Source: Candidatus Xenobia bacterium
GTDB lineage: Bacteria; Vulcanimicrobiota; Xenobia; Xenobiales; QWHO01
Direction of reading: 5' to 3'
Assembly (NCBI GenBank): GCA_045863235.1
Contig: BTUM01000001.1
Location: 32,001-96,000 of the forward strand
Length of the DNA stretch: 64,000 nucleotides
Shown: piece after piece, positions 19,117-27,961 of the stretch
Position numbering within the stretch: position 1 is the first letter of the stretch
Layout of the letters: every line of letters begins with the position of its first letter
Position numbers and translations under genes: made by a program
Notes under the pieces: generated by a model
What the model saw: the letters and a program-made list of their open reading frames with translations, nothing else
Databases searched by the model: none
Told to the model about the DNA's origin: nothing

Positions 19117-21396
19117 TTGCCCGTCGTTCCCCCGCTGGGCACCGAGCGCTACCTCAACTATCACGAGTTAGCCGAATACATGCGCAGCGTTGAGGCGGCC
19201 GCTCCGCACCTGGTCCGGCTCTATTCGATCGGGACCTCCCCGGAGGGCCGGGCCTTGCTCCTGGCCGAGGTCACCAATCGCGGGTCCGGTGAGGGCCCCG
19301 AGAAGCCCGCCATCTGGCTGGATGGCAACTTGAACGCATCCGAGCTGGTTGGCTCGATGGCTTGCCTGGAAGTTCTGTACCAGCTGGCTGCAGGCCACGG
19401 ACGGGACGAGTTTGTGACCCACCTGCTGGACACTCGGACATTTTACATCGCCCCCCGCCTGGCGGTGGACGGGGCCGAGTACTGCTTGAACACCCAGGAT
19501 GTCGTGCGCTCTGGCATTCGCCTCGATCCGTTTGAGGAGGATCGACCCGGCCTGACCCCGGCTGACATCAACTCGGATGGGCGCATCCTGCAGATGCGGG
19601 TGGAAGACCCTCTGGGGGAGTGGCGTCCGTCACGGCGCGATCCCCGGCTGCTCGTTCCGCGCGGGCCGGGCGACCGTCAGGGCCCCTTCTATCGAGTCTT
19701 CCGCGAGGGTTACTTCGATCTGGAGCATCTGCGAGTCGGTCCCCGTCGTCAGGGCGTCGAGTTCGATCGCAACTTCCCGCACGAGTTCGGGCCCGGGGCC
19801 GGGGCCGGGCCCTACCCCCTTTCCGAGCCGGAGACCCGTTGCGTGGCAGAATTCGTCCGCCATCACCCCAATTTGTGTGTGGCGCTCTCGTGTCATACGG
19901 GCGGAGGTCTGGTGCAGCACCCGCAGACCGATCACATGGCCGAGCGCGATCGTGAGCTGTATGACGCCATGGGCCGGCAGGTCAGTGAGTTGACCGGTTT
20001 CCCTGTGCAGGCTGCTCCTCCCGGCCAGGGTGGGCGCATGGACCAGTGGCTCTATCATGATCGTGGCATTCTGGCCTTTCGCAGCCGTCTGTGGTCGATT
20101 GCCCGGGCCGCGGGCCTGGAGTCCACTCAGCCCTCCCGCACCGAGGTGGACAATTACACCCTGCTGCGTTGGCTGGATCGCGAGCTTCCAGGGCAGGGTT
20201 TCACCCCCTGGACCGCCTGGGAGCACCCCCAACTCGGGCGCGTCGAAGTCGGGGGCTGGCACCTGCTCACCACCTGGGTGAATCCTCCTCCCGGCCTGTA
20301 CCTGCGCGAGGAGATTCAAAAGCACGTTCGGGTGGCTATGCTACTGGCTTCGGCTCTGCCTCGTCTGGGAGCCAGTCGCCTGCGCGAGGAGACGGTAGGG
20401 TGGTCGGACCGACGCAAGGTTCCACGAGGTTCTGGCTCTCAGCCCGAGCCGGCTACGCCGGGCGAGTCCCCCGTCCCGTTGCGCAAAGTTACGCTCGAAC
20501 TGGAGAATCAGGGTTATCTGTCCACCTCTGTCACCCAGCGGATGGCCGAGATCGGTCAGCGCTGCCCTGTTCACGTTGTGCTCGAGCTGCCCGAGGGAGC
20601 CGAGGTGATGCTCGGTCGGGTGCGCCACGAGCTCGATGGGCTCAGCGGAACCGGTTCGGTCCATCACCAGTCCAATGTGGACGTGGTCTGGTTCTCGGGG
20701 GGCGAGGAGCGCCCCCGCGAGCTCCTGGAATGGCTCATTCGCGGGACTGGCGACGTGCGCGTGGTGGCTCGCTGCGAGCGCGCGGGACAGATCAAGTTGC
20801 TGAGCCGGATGGCCAGCGTCGAGCCGCCCGCGATGCCGGTGCCTCCCCCTGCGCCTCCGGTTCGGCCCCCGGCTCCACCAACTCGCGCTCCTCGACCGGC
20901 CATTCCAGAGGTGCCAGTGCCCGGCTTCGGCCCGGCACCCGCGGCTGTGCCAGCGGTGGCTCGATTTGGCGAAAATCCTCCCTTGCAGCCGTCCGCCCCG
21001 GCGCCGGCGGCAGTTGCCCCTCCGACTCCCCCTCCTGCTCGGCCGGCCCCGCCGCCGGTTGCGGAGCCTGTAGCGCCCGCCAGTTCAGGTCGAGTCCTGG
21101 GAACCCCCCCTTCGAAGGCAGGCTCGGCACCACGTCCCATGCCGTCGAACGAGCTGCAGACTCCAGCGACTTCGCAAGATAGTGGAGGTTTTGAGCTACA
21201 ACCTCTTTCGGTGACCCGTGAGTCGCCTTCTCGGCCTCCCCTGGGCTCGCGTCCGCCCGCAACCTCGGGTCAACGGCCAGCCGAGCCCCCATTGAGCTCG
21301 CAACCTCCGGCTCCGGAGGCTCCCGAAGCACCTCCGGCCGCTTCCAAGATCCCGACGCCTCTCTTGTTGCGCCGTTTGCGCGAGAAGAACAAGTAA
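19117..21396 (+). CDS. M14 zinc carboxypeptidase homologue with Pro-rich tail (catalytic residues altered)
   Basis: SIGTSPEGR, DGNLNASE, DRNFP, PYPLSEPET motifs. Confidence 0.85.
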   Translation: MPVVPPLGTERYLNYHELAEYMRSVEAAAPHLVRLYSIGTSPEGRALLLAEVTNRGSGEGPEKPAIWLDGNLNASELVGSMACLEVLYQLAAGHGRDEFVTHLLDTRTFYIAPRLAVDGAEYCLNTQDVVRSGIRLDPFEEDRPGLTPADINSDGRILQMRVEDPLGEWRPSRRDPRLLVPRGPGDRQGPFYRVFREGYFDLEHLRVGPRRQGVEFDRNFPHEFGPGAGAGPYPLSEPETRCVAEFVRHHPNLCVALSCHTGGGLVQHPQTDHMAERDRELYDAMGRQVSELTGFPVQAAPPGQGGRMDQWLYHDRGILAFRSRLWSIARAAGLESTQPSRTEVDNYTLLRWLDRELPGQGFTPWTAWEHPQLGRVEVGGWHLLTTWVNPPPGLYLREEIQKHVRVAMLLASALPRLGASRLREETVGWSDRRKVPRGSGSQPEPATPGESPVPLRKVTLELENQGYLSTSVTQRMAEIGQRCPVHVVLELPEGAEVMLGRVRHELDGLSGTGSVHHQSNVDVVWFSGGEERPRELLEWLIRGTGDVRVVARCERAGQIKLLSRMASVEPPAMPVPPPAPPVRPPAPPTRAPRPAIPEVPVPGFGPAPAAVPAVARFGENPPLQPSAPAPAAVAPPTPPPARPAPPPVAEPVAPASSGRVLGTPPSKAGSAPRPMPSNELQTPATSQDSGGFELQPLSVTRESPSRPPLGSRPPATSGQRPAEPPLSSQPPAPEAPEAPPAASKIPTPLLLRRLREKNK

Positions 21397-21518
21397 AAAA
21401 AGAACGCCCCCGGGGTAGGAGGCGGATCAAGGAGGAACCAGTTCAAACGATTCGCCCGGCTTACTTGGGAAAGCTTCGGAAGGGGACCGAGCGAAGAGTG
21501 CAACCTGCTTGAACTGGT
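21397..21518 (-). ncRNA. candidate small regulatory RNA (~120 nt)
   Basis: Own sigma70 promoter, long hairpin, CCUCCU linker, intrinsic terminator with U-tract; no convincing ORF. Confidence 0.6.
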
Positions 21519-21521
21519 AAC

Positions 21522-21551
21522 AGTCTAACACCTTCTTCGTAACTTTGTCAA
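21522..21551 (-). promoter_or_regulatory. sigma70 promoter of the candidate sRNA
   Basis: Minus strand TTGACA-18 nt-TAGACT with an extended -10 TG. Confidence 0.7.
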
Positions 21552-21563
21552 CCCTCGATGTAG

Positions 21564-21596
21564 TTATTCACACAAGAATTGTGGGAATGTGGATAA
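21564..21596. promoter_or_regulatory. DnaA-box cluster
   Basis: TTATTCACA (21564-21572), TGTGGATAA (21588-21596, perfect reverse box), degenerate TGTGGGAAT between them, in an AT-rich spacer. Confidence 0.6.
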
Positions 21597-21639
21597 AGTT
21601 TGTGGTGGAAAGAGGGATCGTGTGTTCGTTTTGTAGAAC

Positions 21640-22200
21640 ATGATCCCAGTGCTGAAGCGGATTACGGCAGAGAGACAGTTCGAGCTTTTTCCCGGAGCCA
21701 TGCCATACGTTTCGCAGGGAGATGCGGCTCGCGCACTTGGTCAGGATGATGCAGGCAAAGACATCACCCCTCGCATCATTCAATATTGGGAGAGCCAGGG
21801 TCTCCTTCATCCAGAGCTCCCCGTGGAGGGTCGTAGCCGACGCTATACGCAGCAAGACCTGGTGGAGCTCAAGTTTATCAAAACGCTGGTAGTGGATCAG
21901 GGTTACACGGTGCCTTCGCTAAAGGCCAAGCTGGCCAGTTTGGAGGCGCCCTACTACTACGACCCGGCCGATTGTTTCTGGGACCTACCGTCCCAGAGCT
22001 GGAAGAGTCGCAGCGACCTGGCGGTGGAGCGTCTTTCGCAAGTCCGCGAGCAATTGGAGAGTCGCACCATCCAGGCCCTGGAGCGGCTCCTACCAGGGGA
22101 CTTGAAGAGAGCTGTTCGCGCCCTGCTCGACCTGGTACGCGATGCTCTGGAAGGGAAGGCGCTGGCTCCCGCCCGTCGTGCTCCTCGTCGCAAGGGTTAG
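21640..22200 (+). CDS. MerR-family HTH protein
   Basis: 'ITPRIIQYWESQGLLHP...RSRRYTQQDLVELKFIKTL..QGYTV'. Confidence 0.85.
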   Translation: MIPVLKRITAERQFELFPGAMPYVSQGDAARALGQDDAGKDITPRIIQYWESQGLLHPELPVEGRSRRYTQQDLVELKFIKTLVVDQGYTVPSLKAKLASLEAPYYYDPADCFWDLPSQSWKSRSDLAVERLSQVREQLESRTIQALERLLPGDLKRAVRALLDLVRDALEGKALAPARRAPRRKG

Positions 22201-22268
22201 CAGGGGGTGATGCATTTCTTTCCGGAGCGCATTCGCATTTTCTTGCCCTTAACTGGCTGCATCCGAGC

Positions 22269-22919
22269 TCAGTCGAAGTCGCTTTCGCCGGTCAGAAGAA
22301 TCTTGCCTGGCATCAGCTCCACCGGCTCTCCCTGGCTGCAACTGGGATCCTGGCAGGCTCTGGTCAGGTGCAGGACCAGTGCCTCGGGGTCAGTTGCGTC
22401 GGGGTGTTGACTCTGGACGCGGTCGGCGTAGACGTGTAGCCATTTCTGGATCGCCCGGCCGGGGCCGTCCTCGTTCCGCCCAACGACCTTGAGCCGGTCC
22501 ACTTCTCTTGGGCCCCACAGATCGACGAAGTTTTCCAGGGCACGCACGGCCCGAGCGCGATCAAGGCCCCGCAGATCGACCCCTGGAATGCCTGCCGGAG
22601 CTGGCAAACTCGGCGCCTTGTGACGGGCCAGGGGGGCGAAAGCCGTATCCTCGATGCGAGTTTTCTGGGCACGGACCTCGTCTGGCCCGGGGTCGTAGTC
22701 CACCAACCGTACGCCGGAGATCTCCGGATAGTAACGCCGGAACGTTCCTTCGATGGCCTTGAGCATGAAGGCGATGGGCGCTCCCGGACCGCTGCGACGA
22801 GCCTTCAGCTCGATCACGGCATCCTCGTCAACTCGGCTGAGCTGCAGAGTCAGCCCCTCGCGCTCGGCAGCAGGGCCAAGGCGGTCGAGAATCGACCCTA
22901 CTCGCTCCAAATCGATCAA
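22269..22919 (-). CDS. hypothetical protein: degenerate NifU-like N-domain plus Smr-like C-domain
   Basis: 'ERVGSILDRLGPAAEREG...IEGTFRRYYPEISGV' is NifU-like without CxxC; 'VDLRGLDRARAVRALENFV' is Smr-like; 4-nt overlap with upstream gene. Confidence 0.65.
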   Translation of the reverse strand: MIDLERVGSILDRLGPAAEREGLTLQLSRVDEDAVIELKARRSGPGAPIAFMLKAIEGTFRRYYPEISGVRLVDYDPGPDEVRAQKTRIEDTAFAPLARHKAPSLPAPAGIPGVDLRGLDRARAVRALENFVDLWGPREVDRLKVVGRNEDGPGRAIQKWLHVYADRVQSQHPDATDPEALVLHLTRACQDPSCSQGEPVELMPGKILLTGESDFD

Positions 22920-25015
22920 GGGGCTACCTGAACTCCCGACTTACTCGCTCCCACTTCCGCCTTCTCCTTGTGCACCAGCCCGAGATTCATTCGGCCGTGG
23001 GTGAGGTAGGTCTCGTGCTTTTCTTGCACCGACATCTCGAAGTTGGAGGTGAAGGCCAGCGACTTGGTGGGACAGGCCTCGGTGCACAATCCGCAGTAGC
23101 AGCAGCGAGACAGGTCGATGGAGTAGATCTCGGGATACTCAAATCCTTCCTTGTTGACTGGAGACTCGAGATAGATACAGGCGTCCGGACATGCGTCCAC
23201 GCAGACTCCGCAACCCACGCACATCTCGGCCGCGCATCCGTAGCAGCGTTTTCCCTCGCGCTGAGCCATCTCCAGCGAAAAGCCGATCTCGACCTCGTCG
23301 AACGTCTTGATTCTTACCTCGCCCGGGATCTTGGGCTGAGGAACCTGATAGTTCATCGCCCGGAAAGGCTTCTCTTGAGGTTCCACATTCCACGGCTCGT
23401 GATGGTCGAAGTTGACAGCAGGAGGATCCTTGACCATCGACAGGCCGTGGAACTCGCGCTGTACGACCCCCGAGGACTCAGTCGGCATGGTGCCGTCCAC
23501 ATAGGGCGTCAATCCTACAACCGTGTCGTTCACCTTGTCCTTGAGCTGATAGGGGTAGAGGAACGGGAAGTTGCCCGGTTTCACCCCGTGCTTCTCGGCG
23601 ATGGCCAGGCAGCAGCGGTCGGACTGACCGATGGCATTGATGATGGTGGAGACGGTCACGATGTCCCCACAGGCCCACACCTTGCCGTTTGCGCGGGTTG
23701 TCTTGCCGCTTTTTTCGTCCACCACGATGGTTCCGTTGCGCCGGCGCTTGACATCGGAGGGAACCCAGGGCACGTCCACCTCGCGGCCCAGCGCGGTGAT
23801 GATCATGCCGCACTCCAGCACCTGCTCCGAGCCGGGGATCGGTACCGGTTTGCGTCGTCCCGAGCTGTCCTTGTCCCCGAGACGATTCAGGACCACCTTC
23901 ATACCCTTGAGCTGGCCATTCTCGATGACGATCTCATCGGGGGCGGTCAGCCACATGATGTGGACGCCCTCCTCCTCGCCGTCTTCAATCTCCTCTTCTT
24001 CGGAAGGCATCTCCTTGCGGGTGCGGCGGTAGATCATGGTGACTTCGGCCCCCATGCGTCGGCAGGTGCGGGCGCAGTCGAAGCCAGTGTTGCCTCCCCC
24101 AACCACCACCACCTTGTCGGGAACCTTGGTGAGCCGGCCCATCAGCTGCTCTTCAAGAAAGTCCTCGCCGTACCAGACCCAGGGCTTCTCCTCGTTGGGG
24201 AGTCCTAGATGGTAAGGTTTCCAGGCACCGGCCGCGATGATGACCTCGTCGTGGCGTTCTTCGAGCTCCTCAAACATCAGGTCCTGACCGATCTCGGTAT
24301 TGACCTGCAGGGTAATGCCGTCGAGGAAGTGGATGCGCTCCATCTCGCCATGGACCACGTGGCGGGGAAGCCGGTAAAGGGGGATACCCAGCGTCAGGAA
24401 GCCACCGGGCACGGATTTGGCCTCGTAGATGTGGCAGGCAAAACCCCACGAGCGGAGCAACATGGCGCACTGGTAGCCAGCCGGACCCCCGCCGATGATG
24501 CCCACCGACTTTCCATTGAGGGGGGCCCTGGTGCAATAATCCTCGTAACTGAAGCGCTCCTCGGGACTCAGGGTCATCTCCCAGTCTGAATAGACGCGCT
24601 TGAGCTTGCGGATGGCGATGGGCTGAGGCCCGGTGAAGCCGCGCGAGCAACGCTTCTCGCAGGGGGCGGGGCAGACTCGACCCAGCGTGGCCACGAACGG
24701 ATAGGTCTTGCGCAGCATCTCCAGGCCCTCACGCCAGCGGGCTTCGCCCGCCAGGGAGACATAACCGCGAGCGTCGGTATGGGCGGGACACCCTTCGGTG
24801 CAGGGCGCCCAACGGGTGCCGTGGTACCAGTCTGCTTTCTCGGAGATGGTTTGCTCGGTGTGAAAGTCGACCATGCGGAGCATACCACGTGAATTTGCGG
24901 GAATCTTGTCATGCTGCCAGGGGTACTGCACGGTTTCGGTGGGCCGGCGGAAGTTTCGCAGCGTGACCTTCATTCCCGTGAGGATGGCTTTCATGTTGTC
25001 GAGAAGGGTTGGCAT
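22916..25015 (-). CDS. NuoI-like Fe-S subunit fused with a GltD/SudA-like FAD/NAD(P)H oxidoreductase
   Basis: NuoI-like start GMKVTLRNFRRPTETVQYP...SRG; PCTEGCP, GRVCPAPCE, GGGPAG, GGGNTGFD, YRRT; C-terminal CVGCGVCVDACP and RCCYCGLCTEACP. Confidence 0.85.
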   Translation of the reverse strand: MPTLLDNMKAILTGMKVTLRNFRRPTETVQYPWQHDKIPANSRGMLRMVDFHTEQTISEKADWYHGTRWAPCTEGCPAHTDARGYVSLAGEARWREGLEMLRKTYPFVATLGRVCPAPCEKRCSRGFTGPQPIAIRKLKRVYSDWEMTLSPEERFSYEDYCTRAPLNGKSVGIIGGGPAGYQCAMLLRSWGFACHIYEAKSVPGGFLTLGIPLYRLPRHVVHGEMERIHFLDGITLQVNTEIGQDLMFEELEERHDEVIIAAGAWKPYHLGLPNEEKPWVWYGEDFLEEQLMGRLTKVPDKVVVVGGGNTGFDCARTCRRMGAEVTMIYRRTRKEMPSEEEEIEDGEEEGVHIMWLTAPDEIVIENGQLKGMKVVLNRLGDKDSSGRRKPVPIPGSEQVLECGMIITALGREVDVPWVPSDVKRRRNGTIVVDEKSGKTTRANGKVWACGDIVTVSTIINAIGQSDRCCLAIAEKHGVKPGNFPFLYPYQLKDKVNDTVVGLTPYVDGTMPTESSGVVQREFHGLSMVKDPPAVNFDHHEPWNVEPQEKPFRAMNYQVPQPKIPGEVRIKTFDEVEIGFSLEMAQREGKRCYGCAAEMCVGCGVCVDACPDACIYLESPVNKEGFEYPEIYSIDLSRCCYCGLCTEACPTKSLAFTSNFEMSVQEKHETYLTHGRMNLGLVHKEKAEVGASKSGVQVAP

Positions 25016-25034
25016 GTGAATTGCTTCCTGAAGC

Positions 25035-25892
25035 TCAACCGCTTTCCTGCGCCATCTGGCGCAGCAACGACAGGTTGACCGCGTGCATGGTTTCGTGTTC
25101 AGGAGTCTCCAGGATCATCGGGATCGCCGCGAGTCGGTGGTCAGTCACCAGGCGGCGGAAGCCCTCTCGGCCAATCTCGCCCTGCCCGATGTGGGCGTGG
25201 CGATCCAGGCGGCTGCCGAGCGGTTTCTGAGAATCGTTCAGGTGCAGAGCCCAGAGGCGTTCAAGGCCGATCAGGCGGTCGAACTCTTTGAAGGTGCGCC
25301 GATAGCCCATCGAGGTCCTCAGGTCGTAGCCAGCTGCATAAACGTGGCAGGTGTCCAGGCAGACCCCCAACCGCGCGCTCCCGGTTCGGCTCAGCACCTC
25401 GGCGAGGTGCTCGAACCGGTGCCCCAGGCAGTGGCCCTGCCCGGCCGTGGTCTCCAGGAGGAGAGGGAGCGGTGGGGTGGCTCGCAGCACTTGCTTGAGT
25501 CCGCGGACGAAGCAGGTCAGGCCGCTCTTTTCTCCACGACCCAGGTGCGAGCCCATGTGCAGTACCAGACCGTCCAGACCCAGTTGATAGCAGCGCTCGA
25601 CCTCGTCAGTCAGAGATTCGATCGAGCGTGCGTAAACAGTCGGATCCTGGGCAGCCAGGTTGGTGAGATACATGTCGTGGGCCAGCACGGCGGGCCGTCC
25701 GGATGACTCGCGCTCGGCTCGGAAGGCCTGTACTGCGGCCATGGTAAGGGTCTTCCCCTGCCAACGGGCCGGAGCTCGAGTAAAGATCTGCAGGCAGTCG
25801 GCACCGATGGCTCTGGCGCGCTTGAAGGCTCGGGCAAGTCCGCCGGCAGCCGAGACATGGGCACCGAGCGGGGGGCTCACTCCAGCAGCCAC
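25035..25892 (-). CDS. nfo: endonuclease IV
   Basis: LGAHVSAAGG, LETTAGQG, CLDTCH, HLNDS, DRHAHIG, ILETP. Confidence 0.95.
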   Translation of the reverse strand: MAAGVSPPLGAHVSAAGGLARAFKRARAIGADCLQIFTRAPARWQGKTLTMAAVQAFRAERESSGRPAVLAHDMYLTNLAAQDPTVYARSIESLTDEVERCYQLGLDGLVLHMGSHLGRGEKSGLTCFVRGLKQVLRATPPLPLLLETTAGQGHCLGHRFEHLAEVLSRTGSARLGVCLDTCHVYAAGYDLRTSMGYRRTFKEFDRLIGLERLWALHLNDSQKPLGSRLDRHAHIGQGEIGREGFRRLVTDHRLAAIPMILETPEHETMHAVNLSLLRQMAQESG

Positions 25893-26389
25893 AGGATCTT
25901 TTGAAGGCCAACCTGGGGATTGCCCCCGTTCGAGTCGGCCAGGCCGATACTCAGCTCAAAGGCATCGATCGGGTCGGCTGGCAGAATCATGGGATGCAAA
26001 GGTGGGGCTGGCCTGAACGCCAGCTGAACGGGCCCAAATCCGCGCACGGTGGCTTCTGGAAGCCGGAAGTTGGTGCCCGCCAGGGTCACGGCGATCAGAC
26101 CGTCGGTGCCCCCGGGTTGAGTGGCCAGAAGGCAACTCAAAGTCAACTCCTTCAGGCGAAAGGTCCTGCCATCAGCGCTTTTGAAGCGCAGTTTGAAGGC
26201 CGCCAGGCCGCCACCTGCCTGAGGAACGAGGTAGAGAACGCCTTCTGCTCCGTCCTTGGGGTCGGAGTGAAGCCAGGCATTGCGATACATCGGCTCACTC
26301 AGGTTCTGGTGCACCTGGAAGCCGGTCATGCTCTGAGCACCTGGCATGACCGGGATGATTCCGATCATACCGGCAAAGGCATCGCTCAT
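25877..26389 (-). CDS. hypothetical protein
   Basis: ORF overlapping the nfo start; GAGG upstream. Confidence 0.55.
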   Translation of the reverse strand: MSDAFAGMIGIIPVMPGAQSMTGFQVHQNLSEPMYRNAWLHSDPKDGAEGVLYLVPQAGGGLAAFKLRFKSADGRTFRLKELTLSCLLATQPGGTDGLIAVTLAGTNFRLPEATVRGFGPVQLAFRPAPPLHPMILPADPIDAFELSIGLADSNGGNPQVGLQKILWLLE

Positions 26390-26512
26390 CGGGGCGGCGT
26401 TCGCCTCTGAGCCAGAGGTTCCTGGCTTGGTGTCTGGCTTCGGCAGTCACGCGGAGGGGAGGCTTGGAGCCTCGTTTACAGGGAAACGGGCCCGAGGAGG
26501 GAACCCCCATGG

Positions 26513-27151
26513 GTGATCCTTTCATGCCATACTGTCGGCCCGTTCGCGATGAATTGCTACATTGTGGCAGATGCAGATTCGAAAAGAGGCTTCGTGGTCG
26601 ACCCCGGCGATGAGATCGACCGCATTCTGGCTGACATTCGAAAGCACGACCTTAAGATCGAGCGCATTCTGTTGACCCACGGTCATATCGACCATGTGGC
26701 TTACGCTCAGGATTTGAAGGATGCACTGCAAGTCCCAATGTCGATTCATCGGGATGATCTGCCACTCCTGGAGCAAGTTCAGGGTCAGGCCATGATGTTT
26801 GGCCTGCCTCCTGGTCCCAAGCCCTTTGCTGATGGCAGATTGCAGGAGGGAGACGAGTTTTTTGCCGGCCGTCACAGGTTTCGAGTCCTCCACACGCCGG
26901 GACACTCGCCTGGCCACGTGATTCTGGCCGGAGACAAGGTCGCCTTTGTCGGTGACACCCTGTTTGCCGGGAGTATCGGCCGCACCGACTTGCCGGGTGG
27001 AAACTACGAAGTTTTGATGCGGTCCATTCGCGAGAAGATACTCCCCCTGGGAGACCAGCTCACGATCTATCCCGGGCATGGCCCGGAGTCTACGATTGGA
27101 GAGGAACGTCGCAGCAATCCCTTTTTGCAGAAGAGCTTTCATCCCGGCTAG
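26513..27151 (+). CDS. MBL-fold metallo-hydrolase (glyoxalase II-like)
   Basis: THGHIDH, HTPGHSPG, GDTLF, PGHG. Confidence 0.93.
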   Translation: MILSCHTVGPFAMNCYIVADADSKRGFVVDPGDEIDRILADIRKHDLKIERILLTHGHIDHVAYAQDLKDALQVPMSIHRDDLPLLEQVQGQAMMFGLPPGPKPFADGRLQEGDEFFAGRHRFRVLHTPGHSPGHVILAGDKVAFVGDTLFAGSIGRTDLPGGNYEVLMRSIREKILPLGDQLTIYPGHGPESTIGEERRSNPFLQKSFHPG

Positions 27152-27340
27152 CAGGCTTAGGCAAAAGCGCTTGTGGTGGCGGAGCCCGGCTTCGACACCA
27201 CAGGATATTGTGTAGAGCCTGCTGCCGTTGAGCACGGGATGATGCAAAAGCTCTCTTCGAGGACTTTTGCGTCACTCTGCCAGGTCTTGCGGCCGGCGGC
27301 TCTTCTGCTATACTGGGCCAAGTCTTTCCTCGAGGTGAGG

Positions 27341-27961
27341 GTGCTGGGAACAAAGCGTCTGGCGGGTTTGATCCTGATGGGCCAGATACTTCTGGCGGTC
27401 ACGGTCGGGTGCGGTTCCGGGAGTGGCGGAGGGGAAGCCACCCCCACCGCCACTCCAGCCACTGCTACTTCTCCATCCCCGGAGCCGGCTGCATCCCCTG
27501 CCGCTTCGTCTTCTCCCTCCAGCCATCGGTCGGGCCTCAAGTCGGCCACTTTGCAGTCCTCGAGAGGACTTCCCTGGCAGCTGGTGGCCGAGGAGGTGGA
27601 ATGGAGCGATCCGACCCGCCGGGCGCGAGCCCTGAAGGTTGAGTTCACACTGTGGGACAAGGCCAAGCAGAAGAAGACTCTGGTAGCTGCTTCAGGAGCC
27701 GATGTGGATGTCGATTCCGAGCGGGTCGAGTTCCAGGGGCGGGTGACCGCAATCGGCCCCGAGGGAGAGTCGTTGACTGTGAATCGACTGGTGTGGGATG
27801 GGAAGGAACGTCAGTTCCTTGGTGATCGGGGAGTGCGTGTCGAGCGGGCGGGCTCCGTGGTCGAAGGCGAGCGGCTGATTGCTTCTCCAGATCTGCGCCA
27901 TTTCGAGATTCTGGGCGGGGTGCGGGGGGTCATGCAGGTCGAGGAAGGTCCCGAGTCTTGA
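27341..27961 (+). CDS. lptC: LptC-like LPS export protein
   Basis: Beta-jellyroll-like 'WQLVAEEVEW...LVWDGKER...VRVER'; directly upstream of lptB; lipobox-like VTVGC; start at GTG after GAGGTGAGG. Confidence 0.65.
   Translation: MLGTKRLAGLILMGQILLAVTVGCGSGSGGGEATPTATPATATSPSPEPAASPAASSSPSSHRSGLKSATLQSSRGLPWQLVAEEVEWSDPTRRARALKVEFTLWDKAKQKKTLVAASGADVDVDSERVEFQGRVTAIGPEGESLTVNRLVWDGKERQFLGDRGVRVERAGSVVEGERLIASPDLRHFEILGGVRGVMQVEEGPES

Noticed and set aside
21397..21518. SRP RNA, 6S RNA or tRNA identity for the structured RNA
   Set aside because: No SRP helix-8 motif or cloverleaf; shorter than typical 6S. Rfam was not run, so this is not fully excluded.
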